In this document: piece after piece, positions 1-10,008 of the stretch
Position numbering within the stretch: the stretch's first letter is position 1
Layout of the letters: each line of letters begins with the position of its first letter
Source of the DNA: a virus
Length of the DNA: 64,000 nucleotides
Strand: one strand, 5' to 3'
IMG/VR virus record: IMGVR_UViG_3300020129_000672
Coordinates: 1 to 64,000 of that record
Translations under genes and position numbers: made by a program
Notes under the pieces: generated by a model
Seen by the model: the letters and a program-made list of their open reading frames with translations, nothing else
What the model was told of the DNA's origin: nothing
Database searches by the model: none

Positions 1-1094
1 CGGCTGCCGCCCGTTCGGTTGTACTTCATCAGGTAGGGTTCGACCAGCGCGATCGCCCCATCGCAGCTGACGGTCGGGCACGGTTCACTCACCGGCCGCA
101 ACCGACCTGTGCTTTGCTGTGGTAGCAGGCATGGTTCGATCAACGCGAGGTCCCCGCGGTTACCGCAGATGGTGGGCGTCGGTTCATCGACCGATCGGGC
201 GCGGCGTGCTCCGCTGTGGGCGGTCGGGATCAGGAACGGCTGGCTGACGGCCATCGCCCCACCCTTGGCGGTCGTGATGGTCGGCAGCGGCCGGTTGATG
301 TCGCGGACCGCTCCGCCGTTCTCCATCACGATCAACGACGGTGTGAGGCCGAATTGTCGGAGCCCCTGCCAGATGCGCGCCATCGTCTTCGGACTGAGTG
401 GGCGCTCCCGCTGGTAGATCGATCGTCCTGGCGTATCCCAGTCGATGATAGACCGTGCGGCTTTCCACCCTGGCAGCCCGGTAGACGAACGAGAATGGGT
501 CGGGCTAGGCCAGACCACCCTCCGGTCTCCCCGCACGGCCTGGACGAACAGGCGGGGCCGCGTAGTGGGATCCCCGTAATCGGCGGCGACCAGCACACGG
601 TGGTCGACGGTGTACCCGAGGCTCGTCAGCGTGTTAAGCCATGCCTTGAATGTCTCGCCCTTCCGCGACTTGATTGGATGACCCGCCTGATCGATCGGGC
701 CCCAGTCCCGGAATTGTGGCACGTTTTCTACCATCACGACTGGTGGCATCAGCGCCTCAGTCCAGCGCGTGACGCACCAGGCGGTCGCCCGGCTTTGATC
801 GACCATTGGTTTACCACGGCGATTTGGACTGTGCATCGTGCACTCCGGACTGCCCCACAAGATGTCGAGCTCGCCAGGTTTGAATAGATGCCGCGGGTTG
901 AGACTGTCGATCGACGCACAGAGGTGGCGGGCCGTCGGGTGGTTCACGGTGTGCGTGTCGACCGCCGTCTGCCAGTGGTTGATGGCCGTAAGTGACGCGC
1001 GATAGCCGAGTCGCTCGATTGCTTGGATGGCTCCAGAGCTTGAGCCTCCGGCTCCGCAGAAAAGATCCGCGATTGTGAGTGTGTTGTTGATCAT
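1..1094 (-). CDS. DNA cytosine-C5 methyltransferase (runs off the left edge)
   Basis: Not in the ORF track. Manual translation from ATG 1094 gives MINNTLTIADLFCGAGG (motif I), WGSPEC (motif IV), VMVENV (motif VI) and DYGDPTTRPRLF (motif VIII). Confidence 0.92.
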   Translation of the reverse strand, partial: MINNTLTIADLFCGAGGSSSGAIQAIERLGYRASLTAINHWQTAVDTHTVNHPTARHLCASIDSLNPRHLFKPGELDILWGSPECTMHSPNRRGKPMVDQSRATAWCVTRWTEALMPPVVMVENVPQFRDWGPIDQAGHPIKSRKGETFKAWLNTLTSLGYTVDHRVLVAADYGDPTTRPRLFVQAVRGDRRVVWPSPTHSRSSTGLPGWKAARSIIDWDTPGRSIYQRERPLSPKTMARIWQGLRQFGLTPSLIVMENGGAVRDINRPLPTITTAKGGAMAVSQPFLIPTAHSGARRARSVDEPTPTICGNRGDLALIEPCLLPQQSTGRLRPVSEPCPTVSCDGAIALVEPYLMKYNRTGGS

Positions 1095-1112
1095 CTGAGT
1101 TGTTGAGTTGAG

Positions 1113-1919
1113 TTACATGTTCCATCGGCCATCCATACTGCCCGCCTGCTCGCCCGCCTGAATGGCCTGTTTGATGTCGGCGATTGGTTTACCATTCTGA
1201 AAAGTGTGTCCGATCTCGCGTTCGAGATCGACGTATCGGTCCAGCAGCTCGGGGTTTGCCCGACCGGCGATCATCAGCGCCGCCTTGGGGGCGAAGAGGC
1301 AGAAGCAACAGCTGAGCCGCGGCATGCCCAGCTTGTAGGCTGGATGAGACGGCACGCCCGATTGCTTAATGCTGTTCCACACCTGCTGTTCGTTCCAGTG
1401 ATGGATCGGTAGCCAGTCCCATACCTGGCGCGTACTGTTCGATTGACGAAGGTTCTGAGCGAACACCTTCTTCTTCGCCCTGGCCGTCGATTCATCGGCC
1501 CTGAAGCCGAAGATCTGAAGGACGTCGCCCGGTGATTCTTTGCATAGGGCGGTAATGACTCGTCCACCCGGTCCGCGCTTGAACTCCGACGTGCAGAACC
1601 GGTTCTTATTGTCCGGCCATCGTCGGCGTTTCTTCACGTAATCGAGGAGCGACAGTTGTTCGCCCTCCTTGTCGCGGTAGTTACTGACGACAAACCGCAG
1701 GTCATAATGGAACGCCTGCCGATGAGCGAGCTCCCTCGTGCCTGGCCATTCCATCTGTCCAAGGCATTGGTGACTGACGACGATTCGGTGTCGTGGTATT
1801 CCTTCGCGGTCACAGCGCTCGACCACCACCCGCAGCGCCGTCTGGCTGTCCTTCCCGCCACTGCTGTTGACGATTATCCAGCGGAAGCGTTCGAGCTCGG
1901 GGATTATCGCGTTAGTCAT
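1113..1919 (-). CDS. Phosphoadenosine-phosphosulfate (PAPS) reductase family / PP-loop protein
   Basis: IVNSSGGKDSQ PP-loop, RFCTSEFK, GFRADES, WLPIHHW, HPAYKLGMPRLSCCFC. Confidence 0.9.
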   Translation of the reverse strand: MTNAIIPELERFRWIIVNSSGGKDSQTALRVVVERCDREGIPRHRIVVSHQCLGQMEWPGTRELAHRQAFHYDLRFVVSNYRDKEGEQLSLLDYVKKRRRWPDNKNRFCTSEFKRGPGGRVITALCKESPGDVLQIFGFRADESTARAKKKVFAQNLRQSNSTRQVWDWLPIHHWNEQQVWNSIKQSGVPSHPAYKLGMPRLSCCFCLFAPKAALMIAGRANPELLDRYVDLEREIGHTFQNGKPIADIKQAIQAGEQAGSMDGRWNM

Positions 1920-2143
1920 GATGTGATCCCATACTCCGGACGTCCGCCGTTACTGCGCGTGTCGTCCGTTGTGGTCGCCCAGCCCAAGGCCGCCGCCTCT
2001 TCCTCGATCCGGATCATCGCATCCACCGGATTGTCGTGTTCTTCGTTAAGGATCTGGCACACGCGTTCGGCGAATACCTTGTATTGGTTTTGAATCATAT
2101 GGTTTTTGAGTTGAGTATCACTGGTTAAAATTACTTCCATCAA
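1916..2143 (-). CDS. hypothetical protein
   Basis: Overlapping stop/start junctions with neighbours in the leftward operon. Confidence 0.55.
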   Translation of the reverse strand: MMEVILTSDTQLKNHMIQNQYKVFAERVCQILNEEHDNPVDAMIRIEEEAAALGWATTTDDTRSNGGRPEYGITS

Positions 2144-2451
2144 TTGTTCGACGGATTACCTCCAATTCGTTTGCTTGGCATCGTCTGGTACGTTCCACTT
2201 ACTCCACCCAAACTGGCCATTGGAGTGCCAGCAATCAGATCGCCCTTGGCGCACAACAAACACTTGTATTTAGCGTTCGTGTTCTGTTGTTTTGCTTCCT
2301 GCATTCTTGTTCCAGCCCACATCTGGGTGTCGCAGAATTCGCAGGTTACTTTCTTCCCTCCAGGTGGAGGTGTGTATTGTGAGATACCTACCAACTTGTA
2401 TAGTTTTCGATCAGACGGAGGTCCGACCAGTATCATTACTTGACTGCTCAT
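2140..2451 (-). CDS. hypothetical protein with two CxxC motifs
   Basis: CEFC and CLLC; coupled to the downstream ORF; AT-rich leader. Confidence 0.6.
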   Translation of the reverse strand: MSSQVMILVGPPSDRKLYKLVGISQYTPPPGGKKVTCEFCDTQMWAGTRMQEAKQQNTNAKYKCLLCAKGDLIAGTPMASLGGVSGTYQTMPSKRIGGNPSNN

Positions 2452-2711
2452 GGTTTTATATGTGTCTATTAATTGAGTTGCGTGCGAGACGTTATGGCCT
2501 CGATCGCACGGTCTGTCACACCGTGCTGCCCGAGGTCACTTGTTAGTAGTATTATTAAGGCGTATCGATTTCAGGATCTTTATGCACTTGATGCAGTTAA
2601 CAACATCGTCGTAGATTGTGTTTGGACAGACAGTTCCGCACAACGGTTTCCCGGGAGTTCGACCGCAAGTCACAGCGTTTATCACCCAGAATGATCGGGC
2701 GTGGAATCGTG

Positions 2712-3380
2712 TCAGCTTCTGCATATCGCCTCCGCTCGTTTAGCCGCTGTTCCGTGCGCGACGAACCCGACGATGACACTGCGGTCCGCCCGCTGACACA
2801 GCAGGCAGCTCTCGCAGGTGACACCCGCCCGGTACTGAGCGGGGCATAGCACGATCTTCCGACCGGCCGGGGTGTAGCTGGTGCGGGGTGTCCCACGGGG
2901 GACGACCACCACGACCGGGCCGCATTTCCATTCAGATAGGTTATCGGCCTCGGCCAACGTATCGGCACTCAGGTTGATGGTGAATCCCGATTGGTTTGCC
3001 CTATTGATGGCCGCCGAATCAGCGACTGTCAGAATCGGTTTGTGCGTGTAGGTCCAGCCACGACGCCCGGTATTTGCCGTCACCAGTTGGTTGAGCATCG
3101 GCCGATCAATCGTATCGCCCCAGCCCGGAAGGTCGCCCGCCTGATTATGACGCCATGGCTGACCGTCCGGCAGGTCCCTGATCTGTTGCAGGAAGGTCGG
3201 CCACCAACTGCCACGCTCGCCGCGGCTGACCGCCTGCCAGTGGTACTTAAGTGGCGGGAATTTGGCATAGCAGGTGTTGAACATTCCACACGATGGTGGG
3301 CAAGTGTAGGCCGGGCCTGTGCTGACAGGAATTTTTCCGGTCTTCCGGTTGTCTGACTTGAGTTGTAAATGGATTCTCAT
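2712..3380 (-). CDS. Cys-rich phage protein, gp88/DUF7227-like
   Basis: NRKTGKIPVS, TCPPSC..CYA, WRHNQAGDL, WTYTH, INLSAD, CPAQ..TCESCLLC, VGFVAHG. Confidence 0.75.
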   Translation of the reverse strand: MRIHLQLKSDNRKTGKIPVSTGPAYTCPPSCGMFNTCYAKFPPLKYHWQAVSRGERGSWWPTFLQQIRDLPDGQPWRHNQAGDLPGWGDTIDRPMLNQLVTANTGRRGWTYTHKPILTVADSAAINRANQSGFTINLSADTLAEADNLSEWKCGPVVVVVPRGTPRTSYTPAGRKIVLCPAQYRAGVTCESCLLCQRADRSVIVGFVAHGTAAKRAEAICRS

Positions 3381-3383
3381 AGG

Positions 3384-3710
3384 TCACCAGTTGAAGGTTG
3401 GAAGGCCGTCGATCACATCACCGTCCGGATCGAACCGGACATAGTAGTAACCGAGCTTGTCGAATTCGATGATGATCGTTTGGAGTTCTGGGCAATCGTT
3501 GAACGCCGAAGGATCTTGGTCTTCGACGCAGATGATGCATCCTTGGATGTCGTTTAATCCCGCCGGCTTGGTTAGTCGGCAGATGTCGAGCGAGACAGCG
3601 ACGTCAAACGAATTGACTGTCAGATGTGAAGTGCTGATTACTGGAACGACCATCAGCCACAGTCCTTCCATGGTTTTGGGAAGTGATTCCGCGCGAGGAT
3701 ATTTTATCAT
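3384..3710 (-). CDS. hypothetical protein (ISTSHLT...RFDPDG..IDGLPTF motif)
   Basis: In operon, with a CAACTCAA leader. Confidence 0.65.
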   Translation of the reverse strand: MIKYPRAESLPKTMEGLWLMVVPVISTSHLTVNSFDVAVSLDICRLTKPAGLNDIQGCIICVEDQDPSAFNDCPELQTIIIEFDKLGYYYVRFDPDGDVIDGLPTFNW

Positions 3711-3742
3711 AGCAATATTGAGTTGAGTTGTTGGTCGTTAGG

Positions 3743-4168
3743 TCAGCGCATGTCGTTCGCCATCGGGTTGGTCTTGGCCATCGCGTCAACCGCCATCCGA
3801 CTGTCGTGCGTGATGCCCATTGCCTGTAGGGCGAACGCATACGCGTCATTCATCGCCTCGTGCCGGAAGTCACTGCCGTCGGACGGGCACCAGGCGGAGA
3901 CCATGTGTTCAAGCGCCTCCTTATACGTCGGCCGGATCTCCAGCAGCTTGACCCGCTGCTTCTGTCTTTCGTGGCCGAGCGTTACGGTCTCTGCCAGATG
4001 CTGGGTGATCTTCCGATCATGATGCAGATCGTGAACGAACTGTGTCCAGTCGAGCACGACCTCTGGCGGGTAGTCAGATTGCGGCTTGTTCGGTCGGTAG
4101 TAGCGAGCGCGGTGTTCGCGGTGGTTATTCCAGAATAGGATCCGGACTTGCTGTTGAGTTGTGATCAT
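3743..4168 (-). CDS. hypothetical protein
   Basis: 141-aa ORF in the leftward operon. Confidence 0.6.
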   Translation of the reverse strand: MITTQQQVRILFWNNHREHRARYYRPNKPQSDYPPEVVLDWTQFVHDLHHDRKITQHLAETVTLGHERQKQRVKLLEIRPTYKEALEHMVSAWCPSDGSDFRHEAMNDAYAFALQAMGITHDSRMAVDAMAKTNPMANDMR

Positions 4169-4201
4169 AGTTTCTTTGTAATGTTGAAGTGAGTGGTGAA
4201 A

Positions 4202-6061
4202 TCAGTTGGCATGTCCAGTCATGACCATCAACGCCGTGCGGACGGACGTGCCTTGGTCTTCAAACATGCTTGGCCCAAGACTTTCCCACGACCGGCAGAT
4301 TGGACGCAGCGCCGACTGCTGACGTGGTCCATCGGCGCAGATGGCGACCAATAGTCCTTCTGGCTTGAGGTACGACCGCGCCCGTTGAATGTGCTTGATG
4401 TCCAGCCCGTTCTCGAACGGTGGGTTCATCACCACCCGATCAAACGACCGAAGTTCAAGTCCTTCGATTTCCAAGAAATCACCATCGATGATCTGAAAGT
4501 TCTGTTCGTTGGCGTACAGGCTGCGATTGCGAAGATCTTTCAACCCGGCGATCAGGCCTAGGTGGAGTTCGACCGCCACCAGTCGGAAGCAATCATGTCC
4601 GGTGCAGCGGTCGCGGATTGCGGTAATTAGGTTGCCGGTCCCGGCGCTCGGTTCGAGGATGCGTTGGCCGGCCATGATCTGGCCGGCGTTCATCATCCTC
4701 TTCGCTAGTTCTGGCGGGGTAGGGAATAACTGGTTGGCCGTCACGATCTTTACCCCGACCTTCGCTTGGTCCTTCAACGCTCGGAACTGTTCGTCCTTCG
4801 GGTCGACTGGCTTCGGTGTGTAAACTGGAGCTATCATCGGCGGTTGTGGCGTTGGCGTGACCGGCGCCGGCTTCTCGTGCACTTTCCCGTCGGTTAGGAA
4901 GATCGCAAACATCGACCGCTCACCATTGTTTCGGACGTACGCCACTCGCACGCGGTGTGAGTTTTCGACCACGCGAGTTCCCTTATAATCGCTGTTGATT
5001 GCCGCGTACTCAGCCTGCGTCATCGTCACTTGCTTCACCGTTTCGAATTCCCCACGGTGGTACACGCTTGGATAAGTGATGGTCGCCGCCTTGTAATTGC
5101 AGATCGGCAGTTGCGTCGGACGTTTCTTTTTCTCCAGCAGATGACTGGCGCCGGCATCATCTAGCATCGCTTTCTCGTACGCCAGGCGGTTGGTGTAGTG
5201 CTCGACCCAGCGCGCACAGTGGGTGATCGACCGCGGGTAAACTTCCTTCGCGGCTTCAAGAACTTCTTCCAAAGTGCGAGGTGCATAGAGGTTGGGATAG
5301 CTGTTGGTCAGAGCGGCATAGGCGCTTGGTCGTTGATCGAAATCCTTTCGATCGCCCTCCTTTCGGCGGAGTTTAATATCACCACCAGACGATCCGCCGG
5401 CGATAGCGATCGCACGCTCCATCCGCTTTTCCTCCGGAAGCTCCATCACGGAATCCCATAGATCGGCGTTGCGCTTAAACTCCGCGATGTTCCTTTGTTG
5501 CTTACGCAGATCGGCCTCCAGTCCTTTGATGCGGCGGGCTCGAACGTCCGGCTCGGCCTTGTAGTCGGCGTGGGCGCGCGCGCCGGCCGCTCGTTCAATC
5601 CAGTATTTCGATGTCTCCCACATCTTGACCGCACGATCCATTCCGTTCTGGATCTTCTCCGCGTCCTTCCGCGCCCGGCGTTCGGAGTGATGGCCGATCA
5701 GGATCGGTTGGCCGAGTGGTATGTGCCGGGTGATGCTGTCGACACCGGCTTTCGCGCGGTCGGCATCGGCCTCGCGTTTCTCGCTGTATTCCTTGAATCG
5801 GGCAGAGCGTTCGGTCGCTCGTTCGGCCATTGATACCGATTCGTCGCCGATATCACCGCACAGTTCCTCGGTCAAGTCGGCGCGACCGGGCGTCCACATC
5901 GGGGCGACGAACAGTTCCTGTTTGGGTGCCCAGCTGTAGCCGGCGGCCTTCACGCGCTCGTATGTTTTAGGATCGAGACGTGAGAACGGATAGATCCGGA
6001 GCTTGTTGTCCTCCGGACTGTAGGTGGCTGTCCCGATATAATTTGTTTCGTTTGTGTCCAT
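4202..6061 (-). CDS. DUF3560 domain fused to an amino (N6-A type) methyltransferase
   Basis: ATYSPEDNKLRIY and IPLGQPILIGHHSERRARKD (DUF3560); QLFPTPP, ILEPSAGTG, VMNPPF (methyltransferase motifs). Confidence 0.9.
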   Translation of the reverse strand: MDTNETNYIGTATYSPEDNKLRIYPFSRLDPKTYERVKAAGYSWAPKQELFVAPMWTPGRADLTEELCGDIGDESVSMAERATERSARFKEYSEKREADADRAKAGVDSITRHIPLGQPILIGHHSERRARKDAEKIQNGMDRAVKMWETSKYWIERAAGARAHADYKAEPDVRARRIKGLEADLRKQQRNIAEFKRNADLWDSVMELPEEKRMERAIAIAGGSSGGDIKLRRKEGDRKDFDQRPSAYAALTNSYPNLYAPRTLEEVLEAAKEVYPRSITHCARWVEHYTNRLAYEKAMLDDAGASHLLEKKKRPTQLPICNYKAATITYPSVYHRGEFETVKQVTMTQAEYAAINSDYKGTRVVENSHRVRVAYVRNNGERSMFAIFLTDGKVHEKPAPVTPTPQPPMIAPVYTPKPVDPKDEQFRALKDQAKVGVKIVTANQLFPTPPELAKRMMNAGQIMAGQRILEPSAGTGNLITAIRDRCTGHDCFRLVAVELHLGLIAGLKDLRNRSLYANEQNFQIIDGDFLEIEGLELRSFDRVVMNPPFENGLDIKHIQRARSYLKPEGLLVAICADGPRQQSALRPICRSWESLGPSMFEDQGTSVRTALMVMTGHAN

Positions 6062-6167
6062 GGTATTGAGTTGTTGTTGAGACTGGCAGTAGCCAGAATA
6101 GGGCCCGCCACTTGCGCGACAGGCCGTTGCTCTATCTACTACACGTAATTGGGCGGAAAGCTGGATT

Positions 6168-6497
6168 CTACCCCGGTTCGTTTCGGCAGCGACCGTACGT
6201 GTGGGTAACCTCCGGCAGGCCGGCCGACCGCCACAGCTCTTCCCGATGCGACCAGTCCATGACGTGGGCGATCGCGTGGTAGGCGAGGCGTCGCAAGTGT
6301 TGGTGCATTTCGATCACCACCAGTTTGAACGCTTGGGCAACGTGCGGCTGTCGGCCATCCCGCCAGAGTTCAACGATTTGAACGGCCGCCAGTAGTGCTC
6401 GCCAATCAGTTTCGGTCATTGGTTCGAGCACTGATAGTCCAAGCTCAGTGGCCAACCATGACCCGACATCCAAGTGATATAAGGATCGGCGTTTCAT
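6168..6497 (-). CDS. hypothetical protein
   Basis: ORF coupled to 6494..6694. Confidence 0.55.
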   Translation of the reverse strand: MKRRSLYHLDVGSWLATELGLSVLEPMTETDWRALLAAVQIVELWRDGRQPHVAQAFKLVVIEMHQHLRRLAYHAIAHVMDWSHREELWRSAGLPEVTHTYGRCRNEPG

Positions 6498-6694
6498 ACG
6501 TTAAACCGGAAGCCCGGTCTTTTGTCTTCGACCGCCACCCAAAGGCGACGGCCGTCTAGTCGTATCTTGGTCGGCCTGAGTCCGGCGCCGAACGCACTGT
6601 GCATGCGGTGGAGTTCCTGGCGGTTGTGGTCTGACTGCTGGACGATCTGCCGGACCTCCCGGATCGTCTGATATTGAACTGGTAGTAAGTTCAT
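6494..6694 (-). CDS. hypothetical protein
   Basis: AT-rich leader; overlaps the next start. Confidence 0.5.
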   Translation of the reverse strand: MNLLPVQYQTIREVRQIVQQSDHNRQELHRMHSAFGAGLRPTKIRLDGRRLWVAVEDKRPGFRFNV

Positions 6695-6790
6695 GGTTGT
6701 ACAAGTTATTGAGTTAACTGAGGTAGCCGTCCATCCACAGGACGAGTAGGGCGGCCAGCAGGAAGCCGATCCACCAGTAGAGGCGGTTCA

Positions 6791-7036
6791 TCAGAGGAGT
6801 TGTTTGACGAGCGTCGGTGGTACGGTCGTGATGTTGTAGACGTAGGCACGGAACGGCCCCCATCCTTGGGCGACGTCGGTAACCAGCTTGGTCGCCCATT
6901 CGATCGATCGGCACTCCTCGGTTGATACGTAGGTTGTGCCGTCGTCTCTGCGCCACTGACGCATTAGCGCCAGTTGAGGTTTAGATGTCGGTGGCTGGCG
7001 CCTGATCGGCGCGCGTGTAGCTTGAGGTGTTGTCAT
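6791..7036 (-). CDS. hypothetical protein (start revised to MTTPQ)
   Basis: ATG follows an intergenic hairpin. Confidence 0.5.
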   Translation of the reverse strand: MTTPQATRAPIRRQPPTSKPQLALMRQWRRDDGTTYVSTEECRSIEWATKLVTDVAQGWGPFRAYVYNITTVPPTLVKQLL

Positions 7037-7125
7037 AATAGAAATCTGCCAAGCCTGGCAGTTAGGTCTGTCTCGTGTTGAGCAGATGACGCCACGCGAG
7101 ACCCTCTCGTGTGGCGGAAGTCTGA

Positions 7126-7299
7126 TCACTCCTGGCAGTCGAGCGGCGGGTTTCGGTCGTCCGATACTTCGGTCAGAGCGTTGATCGCCGATTGGATCCA
7201 CGTTCGGTCGGACTCTGATAGGCTCTTACCGCGAGCCTTGATCTCCCGCAGGCGACACCTGACTTCAACGATCGCCTGGTCGGTCTCTTGAGCGTTCAT
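7126..7299 (-). CDS. hypothetical protein
   Basis: ATGA overlap with 7296..7676. Confidence 0.5.
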   Translation of the reverse strand: MNAQETDQAIVEVRCRLREIKARGKSLSESDRTWIQSAINALTEVSDDRNPPLDCQE

Positions 7300-7676
7300 G
7301 ATTTGAGCGGCCGGAGGGTGATGCACATACCGGGTCCATCACCGTTGCCCCACCAACGCCCGCCGTGGACGTCACGGGCTTTGACGTGGACGTACGTTCG
7401 TTCAACGCCACGTGTTCGACGCAGGCGCGTCTGCTCGTACGTGGTGTCCATCAATCGGCCGCCCGTCCATGTGGTTATGGTTTGAAGGTCACTTGAGATA
7501 TAGCCGGTGAATGGCCGGGTCCGATCCTTCAGGTCGGCCAGTTGCGCCCGGTTGGTGCACGGGTAGCACGTCCGCGCATTATCGGCCGCCCTGATGGCGT
7601 AGCCGGTGCCACCACTATAGCCTGGCGGATGAATTGGAAACGGCTGACCGCAATCAGCGCAATGGGTGTCGCTCAT
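7296..7676 (-). CDS. hypothetical phage protein (CADC...CYPC)
   Basis: 126-aa ORF in operon. Confidence 0.65.
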   Translation of the reverse strand: MSDTHCADCGQPFPIHPPGYSGGTGYAIRAADNARTCYPCTNRAQLADLKDRTRPFTGYISSDLQTITTWTGGRLMDTTYEQTRLRRTRGVERTYVHVKARDVHGGRWWGNGDGPGMCITLRPLKS

Positions 7677-7680
7677 AATG

Positions 7681-8175
7681 TTAATCCTTCAGGTCGTGCC
7701 ATGACAGGTGTTCCAGCGTGTTGGGGACGGTGAACGGCAGGTCCTCATGATCATCCGACCAGCCGACGCCGTGGCCCATCGATTCCATCGCGAGGTAGTG
7801 GCCGAAGTCTTCGATCTCCGAACCATTCGCCGCCACTTCCTCGTAGGAATTTGGATTGATGCTCGGCTCATTCTGTTCCATCGCCTCGCCAAACACTTGC
7901 CATAGGCAGGCGATGTGTCGTGGCTTAATCGTGTCGGTCTTCGCCTGATCACGGGCGGCGATCAGCACAACATCAGCCAACCGCTGTGCGACCATCAACG
8001 CGCGGACGGGCAGTTCACCGCAGTGGTCCATCCAATCCTGACCGGGCCCGGCATGATCATCGTCACCCGGTATGTCGCCATTTTCGTATGCGTCGGCATA
8101 CACGCTGGCCCATAATGCACGCGCCATCGCCAGGACGATCCGTTCTTCTATGTTCTGAGGTATGAAGTCTTTCAT
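7681..8175 (-). CDS. hypothetical acidic protein
   Basis: ORF preceded by tandem AACTCAA leader motifs. Confidence 0.7.
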   Translation of the reverse strand: MKDFIPQNIEERIVLAMARALWASVYADAYENGDIPGDDDHAGPGQDWMDHCGELPVRALMVAQRLADVVLIAARDQAKTDTIKPRHIACLWQVFGEAMEQNEPSINPNSYEEVAANGSEIEDFGHYLAMESMGHGVGWSDDHEDLPFTVPNTLEHLSWHDLKD

Positions 8176-8203
8176 AATTGAGTTATTGAGTTGAGTGGCC
8201 AAA

Positions 8204-8467
8204 TCAGTTCCTACCCTTTCGTGCCGCCTGTTGTTTGAGCGCCGCCTCGACCGCGTCGTCCATCGTCAGGCCGACGCCCAGGATTGTCGCTTCGCCCTCG
8301 AGGTCACCCGCCAGTTTCATCCCGGCCTTGACCGATTCGATCAAGATCACGGCCTTCTGCTTTTCGTGCATGGTGGCGGTCGCCAGTTGCGCTTGGTCGG
8401 TCTGGACTGAGATGCCGACCGCCGGTTGGTCCGCCATCTGACGGACGGTAATGGTGATGGTTATCAT
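8204..8467 (-). CDS. hypothetical protein
   Basis: Tightly packed in operon. Confidence 0.55.
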   Translation of the reverse strand: MITITITVRQMADQPAVGISVQTDQAQLATATMHEKQKAVILIESVKAGMKLAGDLEGEATILGVGLTMDDAVEAALKQQAARKGRN

Positions 8468-8470
8468 CTG

Positions 8471-8947
8471 TTAGGAGGGTAGCTGGCTGGCCGTCAGCAG
8501 GCCGATGACGACCGACATGTCACTGGCTAGCCCCCGCGGACTGATCGGCCCTGTAGGAGGCTGCTGGAGGGTCTGGCGCGGGCCGTACGGGACGATCGTG
8601 AGTTCACCCAGACGGCTGCCGTCGAGCATCTGGCATTCGAGCAGCATCCAGCCGTCGGGTTGCCGGACCTTCTGATGTAACAGGAGGATGCCGAGTAGAC
8701 CGGCCGGCGTATTGTCCTGCCGGGAGCAGTAACGGGCGGCCAGCTCTGGCCAAGTCATGTCGAGCTTGGTCGGTCGGTTGGCCGCATAGTAGTCGGCGAC
8801 GGCCAGCACGCTAGCCGGGTGTTGATCGACGATACTCAACAGCCGGAGCGCCTCTTTGTGCGGATCGAGCCCCGGTATCCGAAGATTGTTGGTCGTTACG
8901 GTATACGAGCGATTGGCCCGCAATTGTTTAGTAGTTTGTTTCTTCAT
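8471..8947 (-). CDS. hypothetical protein (start revised to MKKQTT)
   Basis: GGAGG upstream of ATG 8947. Confidence 0.6.
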   Translation of the reverse strand: MKKQTTKQLRANRSYTVTTNNLRIPGLDPHKEALRLLSIVDQHPASVLAVADYYAANRPTKLDMTWPELAARYCSRQDNTPAGLLGILLLHQKVRQPDGWMLLECQMLDGSRLGELTIVPYGPRQTLQQPPTGPISPRGLASDMSVVIGLLTASQLPS

Positions 8948-9041
8948 GTTGTACCTCCGGCGCCCGGTGCGTGATTGCACTGGGCGGCCAGACGACGGCC
9001 CACCAGGTGAGCCTGATGGGCCGGATGTCTGACAATGGGAG

Positions 9042-9467
9042 TTAAACTTTTTCCGGATTGGCCTTCCGCCACAGCCACGAGCTGGTGTCGGTATGTTCAA
9101 TCCCATCTTTGGTCACCCAAAGAGCACCGCCACCAAAGCCATCAACTCGCGGCTTGCTACAGGTGTTCGACCATGCAAACCCGGTGGGCGGTAGGTTGAA
9201 CTCGGTGATCAGAAGTTTGAGGAATTCCGCAACCGTATCGATGTCACCGTCTTCACCTTCGTCGGTGATGATCACCCCCGTTTCATCTGGGATTAGGTTG
9301 AACCCCAGATAGCCGGTGCTGATGTCCTTCCAGAATACCTCAGGAACAACCGCCGGTCGGTTTTCCGTGTCATGCTCGTCAAACGCATGATAGACGGCAA
9401 GTGCCCGCTCTTTAGCGACCGACGGGAGTGGAACGTGGAACGAGAAGTTAGTGTAGTAGTTTGCCAT
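9042..9467 (-). CDS. conserved-looking hypothetical protein (MANYYTNFSF...GFAWSNTCSKPRVDGFGGGA)
   Basis: Motif recalled from plasmid and phage early regions. Confidence 0.7.
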   Translation of the reverse strand: MANYYTNFSFHVPLPSVAKERALAVYHAFDEHDTENRPAVVPEVFWKDISTGYLGFNLIPDETGVIITDEGEDGDIDTVAEFLKLLITEFNLPPTGFAWSNTCSKPRVDGFGGGALWVTKDGIEHTDTSSWLWRKANPEKV

Positions 9468-9495
9468 AACGGTAGTGGTTTGATCCGACAGAGAG

Positions 9496-10008
9496 TTACA
9501 GGCCGAGTTCGATCAGCCGGTGGGCGAGTGCCAGGTGGGCCGACCAGTCGTTGGTCCACGGTTCGTCGGCGAATATCCGAGCGTCATCGCATAATTGGGC
9601 GTACCCATCAATCAAATCTTGGCCAACTGACTCCCCGTACAATTCAAAGTATGCGCGGCTGACGTTACCGTTCCGAAGATGATTGATCGCGCGCATGCTT
9701 TTGACCGACCGATCACATTCGCTCGCGTCGTAGAATTCATCGGGCGTAATCTCTGTGTAGTTCTTCGGTCGGACGACCTTCGACAGGCCGTTCAATCGGC
9801 AGGCCATAGTCGCGCCAGCCAAACAGACTTCGCATAACTTACTCGGCTCGTTGTTGGTTCCGAAGTAGACGAGCCAGCTGCTCATTTCGAGTCGGAAGAT
9901 CGCGGGGTCGAGCGATCGGCAGTCGTTGATTGCGTCGAGCAGCAGGTGGCCAAGAGTGTCGGCCAGCCTGCCGGTTTGCGGAACAGATGGTATTGTTGAT
10001 GTTGCCAT
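9496..10008 (-). CDS. hypothetical protein
   Basis: 170-aa ORF. Confidence 0.65.
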   Translation of the reverse strand: MATSTIPSVPQTGRLADTLGHLLLDAINDCRSLDPAIFRLEMSSWLVYFGTNNEPSKLCEVCLAGATMACRLNGLSKVVRPKNYTEITPDEFYDASECDRSVKSMRAINHLRNGNVSRAYFELYGESVGQDLIDGYAQLCDDARIFADEPWTNDWSAHLALAHRLIELGL

